Shown: piece by piece, positions 1-8,799 of the stretch
Layout: each line of letters starts with the position of its first letter
Numbering within the stretch: the stretch's first letter is position 1
The notes under the pieces: model-generated
Database searches by the model: none
Seen by the model: the letters and a program-made list of their open reading frames with translations, nothing else
What the model was told of the DNA's origin: nothing
Origin: a virus
Reading direction: 5' to 3' (one strand)
Length of the DNA: 64,000 bases
IMG/VR virus record: IMGVR_UViG_3300006802_000078
Location: 27,626-91,625 of that record
Made by a program: the position numbers and the translations under genes

Positions 1-544
1 GCAGCTTCTCGTAGCGAACGCCCATCGAGGTCTCGCCCTTCCCGGTCAAGGCCAGGACGGAGTCGCTCAAGTTGCGGCAGGCGCGCGTGATGCAGTTCGC
101 TTGTGCAGCCACGCTGTCTGCGGCTTCGGCGGCCACGATGGCGCAGCCGGCCTCAGCTGCGGCCGCGGCCTCGCCTGCCTGCAAAGCGCCGCGGAAGCCA
201 CGGAGCTCGCCGTCCAGGCTGAGCTCTCCGGCTGCGAAGACCGGCGTGTCGGGGAGCTGCACCTGACCACTCGCCGCGAGCACCCCCAGAGCGATGGGCA
301 GGTCGTAGTGGGTGCCGTCGTGACGCATGCCGGCGGGCGGCAGGTTGATGACGACGCGCTGTCGTGGCCACTCGAAGCCGGATGCCGTGACAGCGGAGCG
401 CACCCGCTCGGAGGTCTCCCGGACGGCGCTGGCCGGCAGGCCGACGATGACGGTGGCGGGCAGGCGGCGCAGCAGGTCGACCTCGACGGTGACCAGGTGG
501 CTGTCGACGCCGATGAGGGTGAAGGTGTAGACGGTGGTGGTCAT
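1..544 (-). CDS. comM: ComM/YifB family Mg-chelatase-like ATPase, N-terminal domain (runs off window end)
   Basis: Manual translation from ATG at 544: MTTTVYTFTLIGVDSHLVTVEVDLLRRLPATVIVGLPASAVRETSERVRSAV..RVVINLPPAGMRHDGTHYDLPIALGVLAASGQ..GELSLDGELR, which carries the ComM/YifB N-terminal signature motifs. A GAGGA RBS overlaps the upstream stop. Absent from the ORF track because there is no stop inside the window. Confidence 0.9.
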   Translation of the reverse strand, partial: MTTTVYTFTLIGVDSHLVTVEVDLLRRLPATVIVGLPASAVRETSERVRSAVTASGFEWPRQRVVINLPPAGMRHDGTHYDLPIALGVLAASGQVQLPDTPVFAAGELSLDGELRGFRGALQAGEAAAAAEAGCAIVAAEAADSVAAQANCITRACRNLSDSVLALTGKGETSMGVRYEKL

Positions 545-549
545 GGTAA

Positions 550-951
550 TCAGTCCTCGTTGCTGCGGTAGTAGCCGGCGTGCTCGATGAGGTATGCCTC
601 GGCCATCTCCCGAGTGTACGGATGTAGCGCCGGCTGCGTGTACATGGCAGGCCAGCGGAAGACACTGCGATCCGTGCTGTCATCTGTTGGTGAGGTGTAG
701 TTGACGGTCACACCAACGCCGGTCTCGGCCTCGTAGGCCGCTTCGTAGACATTCTCCACGTCGAAGTCGCTGAGCAACGCCAGGTCGCGCGACTCCTCGT
801 CTTCATCGGGCACCAGGCCCTCGTCGACGAGGTGCTCGGCGAAGCCCTCCAGGGTCGACACATCGAAGTAGTTGTAGAGCGCCAGCCGCAGCTTCTCGGC
901 GGTGATCTCCTCGATGAGCTCGATGAAGTGGTCCTTGTCTCGCAGCTTCAT
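550..951 (-). CDS. acidic hypothetical phage protein (133 aa)
   Basis: Start MKLRDKDHF with AAGGAG RBS and ATGA overlap with the upstream gene. Confidence 0.75.
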   Translation of the reverse strand: MKLRDKDHFIELIEEITAEKLRLALYNYFDVSTLEGFAEHLVDEGLVPDEDEESRDLALLSDFDVENVYEAAYEAETGVGVTVNYTSPTDDSTDRSVFRWPAMYTQPALHPYTREMAEAYLIEHAGYYRSNED

Positions 952-1238
952 GACTCGCTCCTTCCCATGCGGGTGACCTTCACCTCGACGGTGACCTCGA
1001 CCTCGGCGCGGCTGCCGTCGTCGTCGAAGACGAACATGCCGCCGTTCTCGTCGACGAAGACGGTCTGACCGGCATCGGTAGTCGTGTCCCAGACACCGTC
1101 CCAGTCGACGTCGAAGCCGTTCGACAGCCCGTCGAGGTTGCCCTCCCGCTCGGCTTCGAGCACGGTGGCGTCGGCACCATCCGTGATGTCGACGAGGATG
1201 GGCGCGACTTGGTACATGCCCCGGATGCCTGGCTTCAT
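948..1238 (-). CDS. very acidic hypothetical protein (96 aa)
   Basis: ATGA-coupled at both ends; D/E rich. Confidence 0.75.
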   Translation of the reverse strand: MKPGIRGMYQVAPILVDITDGADATVLEAEREGNLDGLSNGFDVDWDGVWDTTTDAGQTVFVDENGGMFVFDDDGSRAEVEVTVEVKVTRMGRSES

Positions 1239-1504
1239 GACTCATCTCCTTCGGATTCAAGTTCACACACAGTCTCGTGGACCTCATCGAGGCTCATCAG
1301 CGTCAGTTCACCCTCGCTGTCGTAGTAGGCCACGTCGACGTCGCCGCAGTCAGCGACTCGGATGGCTGCCAGCGCGTAGCGCAGCGCCACCGACAGCTGC
1401 GGGGTGACCAGCCCGAGGTCATCCCCCCACTGCACACGGTAGCCCCCGTTGTGGGTGGCGGCGATGAGCACGCACTGCGTGCTGTCGCTCTCGTGGTAGC
1501 TCAT
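1235..1504 (-). CDS. hypothetical protein (89 aa)
   Basis: ATGA coupling; GAGGAGG RBS. Confidence 0.75.
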   Translation of the reverse strand: MSYHESDSTQCVLIAATHNGGYRVQWGDDLGLVTPQLSVALRYALAAIRVADCGDVDVAYYDSEGELTLMSLDEVHETVCELESEGDES

Positions 1505-2205
1505 GGCGAAGCCTCCTCTGAGTCGAGCACGGGCTCGACGGTGAAGCGCAGGCCGTCGCTCATCATCGACTCGACGAAGAACTGCACCTGCTTGGGGTCA
1601 GCGGTGATCTCGCACTCGACGCCGTTCGCGTCGAGCAGGCGCCACTGCGGGCACCTCGCGCCTGCGAGCACGGCGCGCACGCCGCCGATGGCAGCCTCGG
1701 CCGCCTTCTCAGCGGCGCAGCGGGCCGGCATGAGCAGCTCGCTGATGTCGCCGAAGACGATGTCGGTGAGGCTGCCGCTGTCGCTGACGCGGGCCTGCAC
1801 GTAGGTGATGTGGCCATCCCACCAGAGGTGGAGGCTCCACCACCCCGGAGCCGGCGCCAACGGACGCACGCCCATCGCGCGGAAGCTCGCTGTCGGGTCA
1901 GGGTCTGGCAGCGGGTCGGGCCAGGTCTCGCTGGCGTTCATGTACCATGCCTCGCGCGCGTCGGTGAACGCAGCGTGAGGAGACTCGCCGTAGCCGAGGC
2001 AGACGTCGCTGCCGTTGCGCAGTGCGCACATGACGGCGGGCATGAACTCGACGGCGCTCTCGTCGATGAAGCTGTCACGTGCGACGCCGACGGCGTCTTC
2101 GAGGTCGGCGAGCGCGTCGGCTTCGGTCTCGCCCCAGCCGACCTCATCGGAGACCTCCGACGACATGGCGCGCCACGCCGGGTAGAAGGAACAGTCTCGG
2201 GTCAT
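1501..2205 (-). CDS. hypothetical protein with two HicB-like N-terminal motifs
   Basis: GWGETEADALADLEDA and GYGESPHAAFTDAREA resemble the HicB G-x-T/S-x-x-x-A motif. Confidence 0.55.
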   Translation of the reverse strand: MTRDCSFYPAWRAMSSEVSDEVGWGETEADALADLEDAVGVARDSFIDESAVEFMPAVMCALRNGSDVCLGYGESPHAAFTDAREAWYMNASETWPDPLPDPDPTASFRAMGVRPLAPAPGWWSLHLWWDGHITYVQARVSDSGSLTDIVFGDISELLMPARCAAEKAAEAAIGGVRAVLAGARCPQWRLLDANGVECEITADPKQVQFFVESMMSDGLRFTVEPVLDSEEASP

Positions 2206-2209
2206 GGTG

Positions 2210-2845
2210 TCACCTCACGATGGTCTTGACGGTGAAGTCCTCGTCGTTGTCGGCGCGTGCCTCGGCGAAGAGGCGCACCTCCTCCAGCGAGTCGACGGTG
2301 TCCCACAGGGAGCCGTCCCCGTTGAAGAGCTGCCACCGCCGATACGCCTTGGAGCAGGCGGCCACCCGGACCAGCTCCGGCACGAGGCCGAGCTCGGCGC
2401 AGATCTGCTGGAGCAGCCCCTCGTCACCACCGCGCAGCGCGTCGCCGATGGAGGCGAAGCCGGCGTCCGTCACGAGGTAGTACACCTTGACGATGTTCAC
2501 GGCCGGGACGTCGTCGGCGCACTCCGGCGCCAGCCAGTGCTGGTCCTGCGCCTCGGCCCACTCAAGGATCCGCCGCAGCTCGACGATCCCGTCGCCATCA
2601 TCGCTGGTGTCGTCAGGCTGCGGCTCGCTCGGCACACCCGGCACCCATGTGCTCACATCGTTCCAGTCCGTCTCCTCGTCGGCGGCCTCGACGTTCAGGT
2701 ACTCGAAGTCGATCATGCCGTTGGTGACGGCCTCGCTCATGTCGTTGATGAGCGCTGCTTTGGCCTCGTCCTCGAAGCCCACAGGCACGGTGACCTCCAT
2801 GCGGAAGCGCACCACGCAGAAGTCAGTTGGATCTCCGTACTTCAT
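2210..2845 (-). CDS. acidic hypothetical protein (211 aa)
   Basis: RBS, codon bias, packed in operon. Confidence 0.75.
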   Translation of the reverse strand: MKYGDPTDFCVVRFRMEVTVPVGFEDEAKAALINDMSEAVTNGMIDFEYLNVEAADEETDWNDVSTWVPGVPSEPQPDDTSDDGDGIVELRRILEWAEAQDQHWLAPECADDVPAVNIVKVYYLVTDAGFASIGDALRGGDEGLLQQICAELGLVPELVRVAACSKAYRRWQLFNGDGSLWDTVDSLEEVRLFAEARADNDEDFTVKTIVR

Positions 2846-2848
2846 GAC

Positions 2849-3121
2849 TCAGTCCTCCTCGCAGTTGCTCAGGTACTCGGCCGCCATCTCGTCGCTGTAG
2901 ACGCCGACGAGTTCGTTGCTAACGTCGTCCCAGGTGTGGCCCTCAGCGTCGACGTAGTAGCCGCTGGCCGCCTCGTAGCGCTCGCACAGCGTCGGTTCCT
3001 CCGCACCAGCATCAGCGCCGTCGTAGTACTCCAGCAGGTCGTCGACCTCGCGCCAGATGCCGTCCTTGAGGTAGACGTGGTGTGAGGTGGGCACCAGCGA
3101 GTAGCGAGACTCAGTCATCAT
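2849..3121 (-). CDS. acidic hypothetical protein (90 aa)
   Basis: Start MMTESRYSL overlapping the upstream stop; D/E/Y rich. Confidence 0.7.
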   Translation of the reverse strand: MMTESRYSLVPTSHHVYLKDGIWREVDDLLEYYDGADAGAEEPTLCERYEAASGYYVDAEGHTWDDVSNELVGVYSDEMAAEYLSNCEED

Positions 3122-3515
3122 CGCTCCGCTGCCCGTCGGCGATAGCCGCTGCTGCGAGTACGGCCCCCACAACCAGCTCGGGGTTCTCACCGACCTCTTC
3201 GCAAGTCCACATGACCTGCTCCTTCCCGCGAGCATCGTACACGTAGATGGCTGCACCAAACCTGTGAATGTTGCCGTCGGTGGCGATAAAGCCGCCGTTG
3301 GCGAGCTTGACCACCAGGTCGTGCCGGTAGACCTGGGCCAAGCCGGCGGACTTCGCATGTTCCAAGTCAGCGTTGAGCGATGACTCTTCCAACCAGGCGT
3401 CGCACGCCTCGCCGAGGTCGGCCGCTTCGTTGCCTTCGCCGTGCGCGTCGAACCATGCGGCGCACAGCGAGATGAGGCTTCGGGTTTCCTTTAGGGTAGT
3501 GCGATTTGCAGACAT
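3111..3515 (-). CDS. hypothetical protein (134 aa)
   Basis: Start MSANRTT after GAGGAGGACTGACACC. Confidence 0.7.
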   Translation of the reverse strand: MSANRTTLKETRSLISLCAAWFDAHGEGNEAADLGEACDAWLEESSLNADLEHAKSAGLAQVYRHDLVVKLANGGFIATDGNIHRFGAAIYVYDARGKEQVMWTCEEVGENPELVVGAVLAAAAIADGQRSDDD

Positions 3516-3519
3516 GGTG

Positions 3520-3834
3520 TCAGTCCTCCTCCTCGTCGTCGTTGAGGAGCGCCTCGACGAAGCGCTCCATGGCGTCCAGGCCGAAGTGCTCCACGAGCTC
3601 ATCGGAGAGGCCGCAGTTGTTGTTCACGAGCTTCTCCTTCACACGAGCGCAGCGCTCGTTGTCGTCGATCATCGGTTTGACGCCGAGCTCCTTGCACGCC
3701 TCCAGGTAGGCGTCGGCGAGGTCGGCCCACTCGGGGTCGCCCTTCGGCACCAGATGGCCCTCGTCGCTGATGAGGCCGCCCGTGGCCTCGATGGCGTCTC
3801 GCAGCATGTGCAGTGCTTCGCTCATGGCAGTCAC
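3520..3834 (-). CDS. acidic hypothetical protein (~104 aa)
   Basis: Coupled ORF ending EEED*. Confidence 0.7.
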   Translation of the reverse strand: MTAMSEALHMLRDAIEATGGLISDEGHLVPKGDPEWADLADAYLEACKELGVKPMIDDNERCARVKEKLVNNNCGLSDELVEHFGLDAMERFVEALLNDDEEED

Positions 3835-4121
3835 TCCTCGTTGTAGCAGAGCGCCGCTTCAGTGCAGCAGCGCTCGTAGTGGACGCCGGTCACCCGGTGC
3901 ACGCTCAAGCCGCGGTCGTCACTCCACAGCTCGTCGATCCACTCGAGCGCGGAGCAGATGGCGTCATCGCAGCAGTCGTCGAAGACGTAGACGTCGACGC
4001 AGGTGCCGTCCTGCGTCATTCCGTAGACACGCCAGAGCGGGCGCTCGCCCGGGAACCAGCGGGTGTTGATGAGGCTGACGGTCACGCCGCCGAGGATGAG
4101 AGTGGTCTCTCCGTAGATCAT
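3831..4121 (-). CDS. hypothetical protein (96 aa)
   Basis: Start MIYGETT, ATGA coupling. Confidence 0.7.
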   Translation of the reverse strand: MIYGETTLILGGVTVSLINTRWFPGERPLWRVYGMTQDGTCVDVYVFDDCCDDAICSALEWIDELWSDDRGLSVHRVTGVHYERCCTEAALCYNEE

Positions 4122-4423
4122 GGCGAAACCTCCTCGCTCAGGAAGATCTCTTCGTAGGCGGACCACACGAGGTAGTAGCAGCGGCGCCCCTTCCACTTCG
4201 AGCGGTAGTAGGCGACGTGCCAGTCGCTCTTGAGCCGGAGCCCGCCGCGCTGGTTGCCGATGTCGTAGCCGTGGTCGGCAGCCCAGGCGTCGAGCTCGTC
4301 TCCGCCCACAGCCTTGCGGAAGGTGGTGTAGGTCACGTCGACGGACTGCTCCGTCATGTCGTGCAGCGCTGGTACCTGGCTCTTCGTGAGCCCCGCGCAG
4401 TTGGTGTAGTACTGGTAGCCCAT
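4118..4423 (-). CDS. phage hypothetical protein (101 aa)
   Basis: Start MGYQYYTNC after GAGGAGGAG RBS; aromatic-rich C-terminus (DWHVAYYRS..CYYLVWS). Confidence 0.75.
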   Translation of the reverse strand: MGYQYYTNCAGLTKSQVPALHDMTEQSVDVTYTTFRKAVGGDELDAWAADHGYDIGNQRGGLRLKSDWHVAYYRSKWKGRRCYYLVWSAYEEIFLSEEVSP

Positions 4424-4427
4424 GAGG

Positions 4428-4802
4428 TCACTCCTCCTCGTTGGTGGCGCAGGTGTCGCAGAGGCCGGGCTCTTTGTAGGGGCGCACGGCGAAGCTCTCA
4501 GCGCCGCAGCCGGGGCAGTGCGCGCGATGCTCCACAATGCCGCACTCCGCCAGCAGGTCACGCAGCCGCGCCTCGGTGTCGCCCTCGAGCACGAAGGTGT
4601 CGGTCGCGAAGCCCGGCCCGCCTGCCCCCCCGGCGGCTCCGGGCCGCACAGCGCCGGCTTCCATCAGGTCGAGGACTCCACGCAAGTAGGAGTGGATGCG
4701 GCCTTCAGGGTCGGCGGGCAGCGTGCCCTCGCGAGGACTGCCGCTGATCCGCACAAGCAGTACTGGAGTGATGGTGAATCGCACGTCGTCGATGTTGCTC
4801 AT
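4428..4802 (-). CDS. protein with C-terminal Zn ribbon (124 aa)
   Basis: CPGC..CDTC; start MSNIDD. Confidence 0.65.
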   Translation of the reverse strand: MSNIDDVRFTITPVLLVRISGSPREGTLPADPEGRIHSYLRGVLDLMEAGAVRPGAAGGAGGPGFATDTFVLEGDTEARLRDLLAECGIVEHRAHCPGCGAESFAVRPYKEPGLCDTCATNEEE

Positions 4803-4851
4803 GGCGAAGCCTTCCTTCGGGGTGGGCGGCAGCCGGAGTAGTTGGCTGCCA

Positions 4852-5394
4852 TCAGGTGATCTTCGAAGCTCCAGCCGATGGCCGCAGCCAGGCAGGCCCG
4901 CTGTCTCGGTGGAACAGAGGGATGGTGAACGTGTCCTCCGCGTCACCGTGCAGGGGCCGCACGACGATCGCCACCGCATCGGGCTCGACGCGGAGCACGA
5001 CACGGTCGGTGCAGAACCCGTAGTCACCGCATGTCTCGAGCGCATCGAGATCCTCTCGCGTGGCCTCGATGGTGCGCCACTCGCCGTCCGGGATCTGGTC
5101 CGTGTCCTCCGCGTCACCGTGCAGTCGGATGGCCAAGCGGAGGAGGTCCATCCGGCCCACCGAGGAGGTGGGGATGTCACGCGCGAGGTACTCGACCTCG
5201 TACATGTTGAGGCACCAGTAGTCGGCGGCGTCGGGCTTGATCTCCATGGCCGCGAGGGTCGGCATGGCCGTGGCCACCATCGAGTCGAAGTCGGACAGGA
5301 GGCCCGACGCGGGGAGATCATCGGCGACGACGAGAAGCAGGGTGTCCCCGTTCTCGTTGGTGTGGGCGATGAAGTGCATCTTGCCCTCAGGCAT
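4852..5394 (-). CDS. hypothetical protein (180 aa) with duplicated LHGDAEDT motif
   Basis: Start MPEGK after AGGAG; internal 24-nt direct repeat. Confidence 0.7.
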   Translation of the reverse strand: MPEGKMHFIAHTNENGDTLLLVVADDLPASGLLSDFDSMVATAMPTLAAMEIKPDAADYWCLNMYEVEYLARDIPTSSVGRMDLLRLAIRLHGDAEDTDQIPDGEWRTIEATREDLDALETCGDYGFCTDRVVLRVEPDAVAIVVRPLHGDAEDTFTIPLFHRDSGPAWLRPSAGASKIT

Positions 5395-5764
5395 GGCGTG
5401 ACTCCTGTTGCATTGGCCTCGAGGGCCGGTAGTTCTCGAACGGCTCGAACAGTGCCCTGACTGGCCAGCCGATGGCGGCCGCCAGCGCGTCTGCACGCTG
5501 ACGCAGCCAGGCCTCCTCGAAGCCGGCGTCGTTCTCGACGGCTTGGCTCAGGGGCCAGACGGCGCTGCCGGTGAGACGCAACGTGCCCTTCACCTCGGCG
5601 TCGTCCGGGTCGAGACCGACGACGGTGACGAAGGTCTCGGTGCCGTAGCCGCGCACCCGACGGCGGATGGTGCGCGCGGCGAGCAAGGTGCCTCGGGGGC
5701 AATAGCTGCCGGTGCCAAGGTAGCACCGACCGATGGTGACGTAGCCTCGGGCGAAGTCGGTCAT
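5387..5764 (-). CDS. hypothetical protein (125 aa), probable paralog of 5761-6261
   Basis: Shared C-terminal RA..A..GWP..AL motif. Confidence 0.7.
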   Translation of the reverse strand: MTDFARGYVTIGRCYLGTGSYCPRGTLLAARTIRRRVRGYGTETFVTVVGLDPDDAEVKGTLRLTGSAVWPLSQAVENDAGFEEAWLRQRADALAAAIGWPVRALFEPFENYRPSRPMQQESRHA

Positions 5765-6261
5765 CGCATGCTCCCGTGTGGGTAGGTGACGGTCACGTCG
5801 CAGAAGCGACGCACGAGCAGCGCCTCGAACGGCCAGCCCATGATCTCGGCGACTCGCTTCGCGCGCTCCTCGACGCCGCCAGCTCCTGCCCACCAGAGGC
5901 CGCCGACGCCGTCCTCGGCGCGGTCACGCACCGATGTCAGCGGCACGCCGGCGAGGTCTTCCCCGCGCACCCAGCCCTCCGCCGTCGTGCCGTCCGGTCC
6001 CTTGCCGTAGATCTTGAGTCGCGTCTTCGGCCCCACGAAGCGCTCGTGCTGGCGGCTGATGCTCTCAACCACGATGATGGACCCGGCCGGCGCCCAGTGG
6101 CCGTAGTGCCTGTCGTGCACCCACGCGGCCTCGACGAGGTAGTAGCAGCGGGCGTACTCCTTCTCGGGGTCCGGGTAGGTCGGGGTCGCGAAGGCCGCCT
6201 CGATGGCCGCCTTGGCCTTCGCTTCGGCGCGCTCCTCTGCACGGCGTTGACGCGGCGTCAT
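5761..6261 (-). CDS. hypothetical protein (166 aa)
   Basis: ATGA coupling, GGAGG RBS. Confidence 0.75.
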   Translation of the reverse strand: MTPRQRRAEERAEAKAKAAIEAAFATPTYPDPEKEYARCYYLVEAAWVHDRHYGHWAPAGSIIVVESISRQHERFVGPKTRLKIYGKGPDGTTAEGWVRGEDLAGVPLTSVRDRAEDGVGGLWWAGAGGVEERAKRVAEIMGWPFEALLVRRFCDVTVTYPHGSMR

Positions 6262-6653
6262 GATGCCTCCGCCTGCATCATCTCGATGCCTCGCTGCTGG
6301 GTCGCCCGCGTCGACTCGACGAGGGCCTCGAAGGTCGCGCGCCGGGTGATCCCGCGGTTCTGCCCCATGAAGCGGGAGCGGCGGGGGCCGCGCTCGTACT
6401 CCTCCCGGTAGACGCCGTACTCGGAGCCGATGCCGGCCTCGAACCAGAGCTTGAGCCCAGGCGCGTCGAGGTAGACCTCACCTGACACTGCGACGCCACC
6501 GGCGTTGAAGCGCACCTTGACCGGGCCCTGCAGCTCCTTGCCGAGAGCACGGGCGACGCGCAGCCCCTCCTTCTTCCACGCCTCCTTGGCGTGCGCGTCG
6601 TAGCCAGAGCGCGCCTTGTCCATCAGGTCGAAGAGCTTGTCAAGATCGTACAT
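6258..6653 (-). CDS. hypothetical protein (131 aa)
   Basis: RBS and coupling. Confidence 0.75.
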   Translation of the reverse strand: MYDLDKLFDLMDKARSGYDAHAKEAWKKEGLRVARALGKELQGPVKVRFNAGGVAVSGEVYLDAPGLKLWFEAGIGSEYGVYREEYERGPRRSRFMGQNRGITRRATFEALVESTRATQQRGIEMMQAEAS

Positions 6654-6657
6654 GGTG

Positions 6658-7014
6658 TCAGTCCTTCAGGTTGGGGTGGCGGTAGTACACGTCGCGGCCG
6701 CCGTGGCGGTTCTTTCGCGCCTCGTCGACAAGCAGGATGCAGTCGTCGAGCAGGCCCTGCCCGCCGTAGCTGCGGCTGTTGTGGACCACGAGCGGGATCT
6801 TCACCCGCCCTGTGCTCCGACCGACGTAGCCGACTACGACGTCGCCCCAGAGCTGGCCCGTCTTCGGATCGCCGTAGTGGAAGCGCATGCGCTCCCCGAC
6901 GCATCCCACGCTCTTGCGGTGACGCTGCCAGAGGCGCAGCAGCAGTGCCCGCAGACGCGGCGGCGTGTCCTTGCAGAACCACATCTCGTTCTCGTAGGCT
7001 TCGCGCTCGATCAT
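6658..7014 (-). CDS. phage hypothetical protein (118 aa)
   Basis: Start MIERE after GGAGG; motif-like YGDPKTG..GRSTG..KIPL..GG..LDDCI..YRHP. Confidence 0.75.
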   Translation of the reverse strand: MIEREAYENEMWFCKDTPPRLRALLLRLWQRHRKSVGCVGERMRFHYGDPKTGQLWGDVVVGYVGRSTGRVKIPLVVHNSRSYGGQGLLDDCILLVDEARKNRHGGRDVYYRHPNLKD

Positions 7015-7015
7015 G

Positions 7016-7690
7016 TCAGTCCTCCAGGCCGAGCAGGAAGCGCGCCTGCGCCTCCATCCCGGCGTTGTTGATGTCGGCAGCCTCGGCCGCCTTGGCGTCG
7101 TGGACGCGCTCGTCGAGGATCTCCTGCATCTCCTCGTCGTTGCTGTAGTCGTCGAGCGAGCCGCGCAGGTCGGCGAGGTAGGTGCCGATGCGCTCCTCAT
7201 CGGAGGGCTCCGACGGCGGCTGCCGAAGCGAGGCGCGGCGCTCCATCAACCACGAGCTGGTCGAACACCACTCGATGTCGTCCTTGGTGATGAAGCAGGC
7301 GCAGCCACCGAACTCGCCCTGTCGCATCTTCGAGCAGGTGACCGCCGCTTCGACCTCGATGAAGGTTGTCTCCAGGAAAGGCAGCCACTGCCGGAGCACC
7401 TCGGCATGCTCGCAGCCGAAGCCGTTCTCGAAGTAGGCGTAGTCCTCGCCGTCGCCTTCGAGGCAGTAGGTGATGTCGGAGAATGCCTGCTCGTAGTCGT
7501 CGTACAGGCAGGCGTCGCCGTCGTTGTAGTCGACCCAGTCGGCGAGGATGAGCCCGAGATCCTGCGCCTCGCGCAGCACCTCGATGTCGTGGTACGCTCC
7601 TCGACAGAGCTTGGCAGCCACCTGGCGGTGCGCCTCGCTGGTCCACTTCAGGTACGGGCTCACGGTTGCTTGCGAATAGTTGTCGGCCAT
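7016..7690 (-). CDS. conserved-looking mobile-element hypothetical protein (224 aa)
   Basis: MADNYSQATV..EVEAAVTCSKMRQGEFGG motif; GAGGAG RBS. Confidence 0.75.
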   Translation of the reverse strand: MADNYSQATVSPYLKWTSEAHRQVAAKLCRGAYHDIEVLREAQDLGLILADWVDYNDGDACLYDDYEQAFSDITYCLEGDGEDYAYFENGFGCEHAEVLRQWLPFLETTFIEVEAAVTCSKMRQGEFGGCACFITKDDIEWCSTSSWLMERRASLRQPPSEPSDEERIGTYLADLRGSLDDYSNDEEMQEILDERVHDAKAAEAADINNAGMEAQARFLLGLED

Positions 7691-7693
7691 CGT

Positions 7694-8011
7694 CTACTCC
7701 TCAGTTGGGTTGGTGGTTGGTGCATCAGGCGCAGCGCTCGGCCAGCGAAGCGCCCGGAGCTGCATGTTGCAGCCAGTCGCGATGCGCAGCGGCACCTTGG
7801 CGACGAAGTAGCCAGGCGCCATCGACGGCATCGCCACGCTGCCGATGCTGCCGTCGTAGATCGTGTTCACGCCGTCCTCGCTGACGTGCTCGAGGTAGTC
7901 GTCGAAGTTCGTCGTGAGGTAGACTCGACAGTCGACGTGCAGCGTCGCAGGCTTCGCGCCGGCTGACGGCCCGTAGACGTCGAGGGTTGCGGTCATGCTG
8001 TGCCAGGGCAT
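7694..8011 (-). CDS. hypothetical protein (105 aa)
   Basis: TGATG coupling. Confidence 0.65.
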   Translation of the reverse strand: MPWHSMTATLDVYGPSAGAKPATLHVDCRVYLTTNFDDYLEHVSEDGVNTIYDGSIGSVAMPSMAPGYFVAKVPLRIATGCNMQLRALRWPSAAPDAPTTNPTEE

Positions 8012-8487
8012 CAGTGCCAGCCTCCCGTTGCTTCGATCTCGGCCGTCTCGTCCCAGAAGCGCAGCGACTCATCGTCTGGCTCGTCGACCGAGGCCTTGCC
8101 GGTGACCCGACCGATGATCGGCACCAGCGGCTCACCAAGGCCAGCCTGGCGCTCACGCACCAGCCAGCTCCCGAAGACCTCGCCGTAGTCGACGCCATCC
8201 GCGTCACCAGCATCGAACTTGCAGATGTCCTCGCGCAGACGTTCGAGCCACTCGGGCTCCTCGTCGGGCGCGCAGCCGTCGAGCCAGAGCTCGTAGAAGG
8301 CGAGGCTCGTCAGGCGCTGGGCGCTGCACCAGGTGAAGGCGCGATCCGGCGAGCAGGCGAAGGCGGCACGCAGCTGCGGCCAGAGCTCGGGGGGCACCGC
8401 GTGCTGTCGGAGCCAGCTCTCATTGTCCTTGCGCTGCCCCCAGTAGGGGAAGTCGAGCAGGTCGAACTCGATGCGGTAGAAGATCAT
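8011..8487 (-). CDS. hypothetical protein (158 aa)
   Basis: ATGA coupling. Confidence 0.7.
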   Translation of the reverse strand: MIFYRIEFDLLDFPYWGQRKDNESWLRQHAVPPELWPQLRAAFACSPDRAFTWCSAQRLTSLAFYELWLDGCAPDEEPEWLERLREDICKFDAGDADGVDYGEVFGSWLVRERQAGLGEPLVPIIGRVTGKASVDEPDDESLRFWDETAEIEATGGWH

Positions 8488-8798
8488 GACACACCTCGGA
8501 TGCGGCGCGCGGCCGCCTTGAGCACACAGACTCGCTCAGCCAGGGTCGTGCCGTTCCAGCCCGTGGCTTGACAGACCAAGCGGGCGGCGTTGCTGTTGAT
8601 CAGCGTGTCGGCCAGACGATCCCACTCGCGCAGCGGGATGTCGTTGAAGTGCGGGTCGGCACTGGCCTTGACGCGCTCGGCGCCGATGCGACGTGACACC
8701 ATATCAACCACGACAGCGTTCACGAACTGGTCGTAGTAGTCGTCGTGCGAGACGAGGCGGTTCATGTAGTCGGCGCGGGTGAAGCGAAGCTCAGACAT
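8484..8798 (-). CDS. hypothetical protein (104 aa)
   Basis: Packed ORF. Confidence 0.7.
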   Translation of the reverse strand: MSELRFTRADYMNRLVSHDDYYDQFVNAVVVDMVSRRIGAERVKASADPHFNDIPLREWDRLADTLINSNAARLVCQATGWNGTTLAERVCVLKAAARRIRGVS

Positions 8799-8799
8799 G

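Noticed and set aside
101-571. Plus-strand 156-aa ORF
   Set aside because: Antisense shadow of the comM-like gene.
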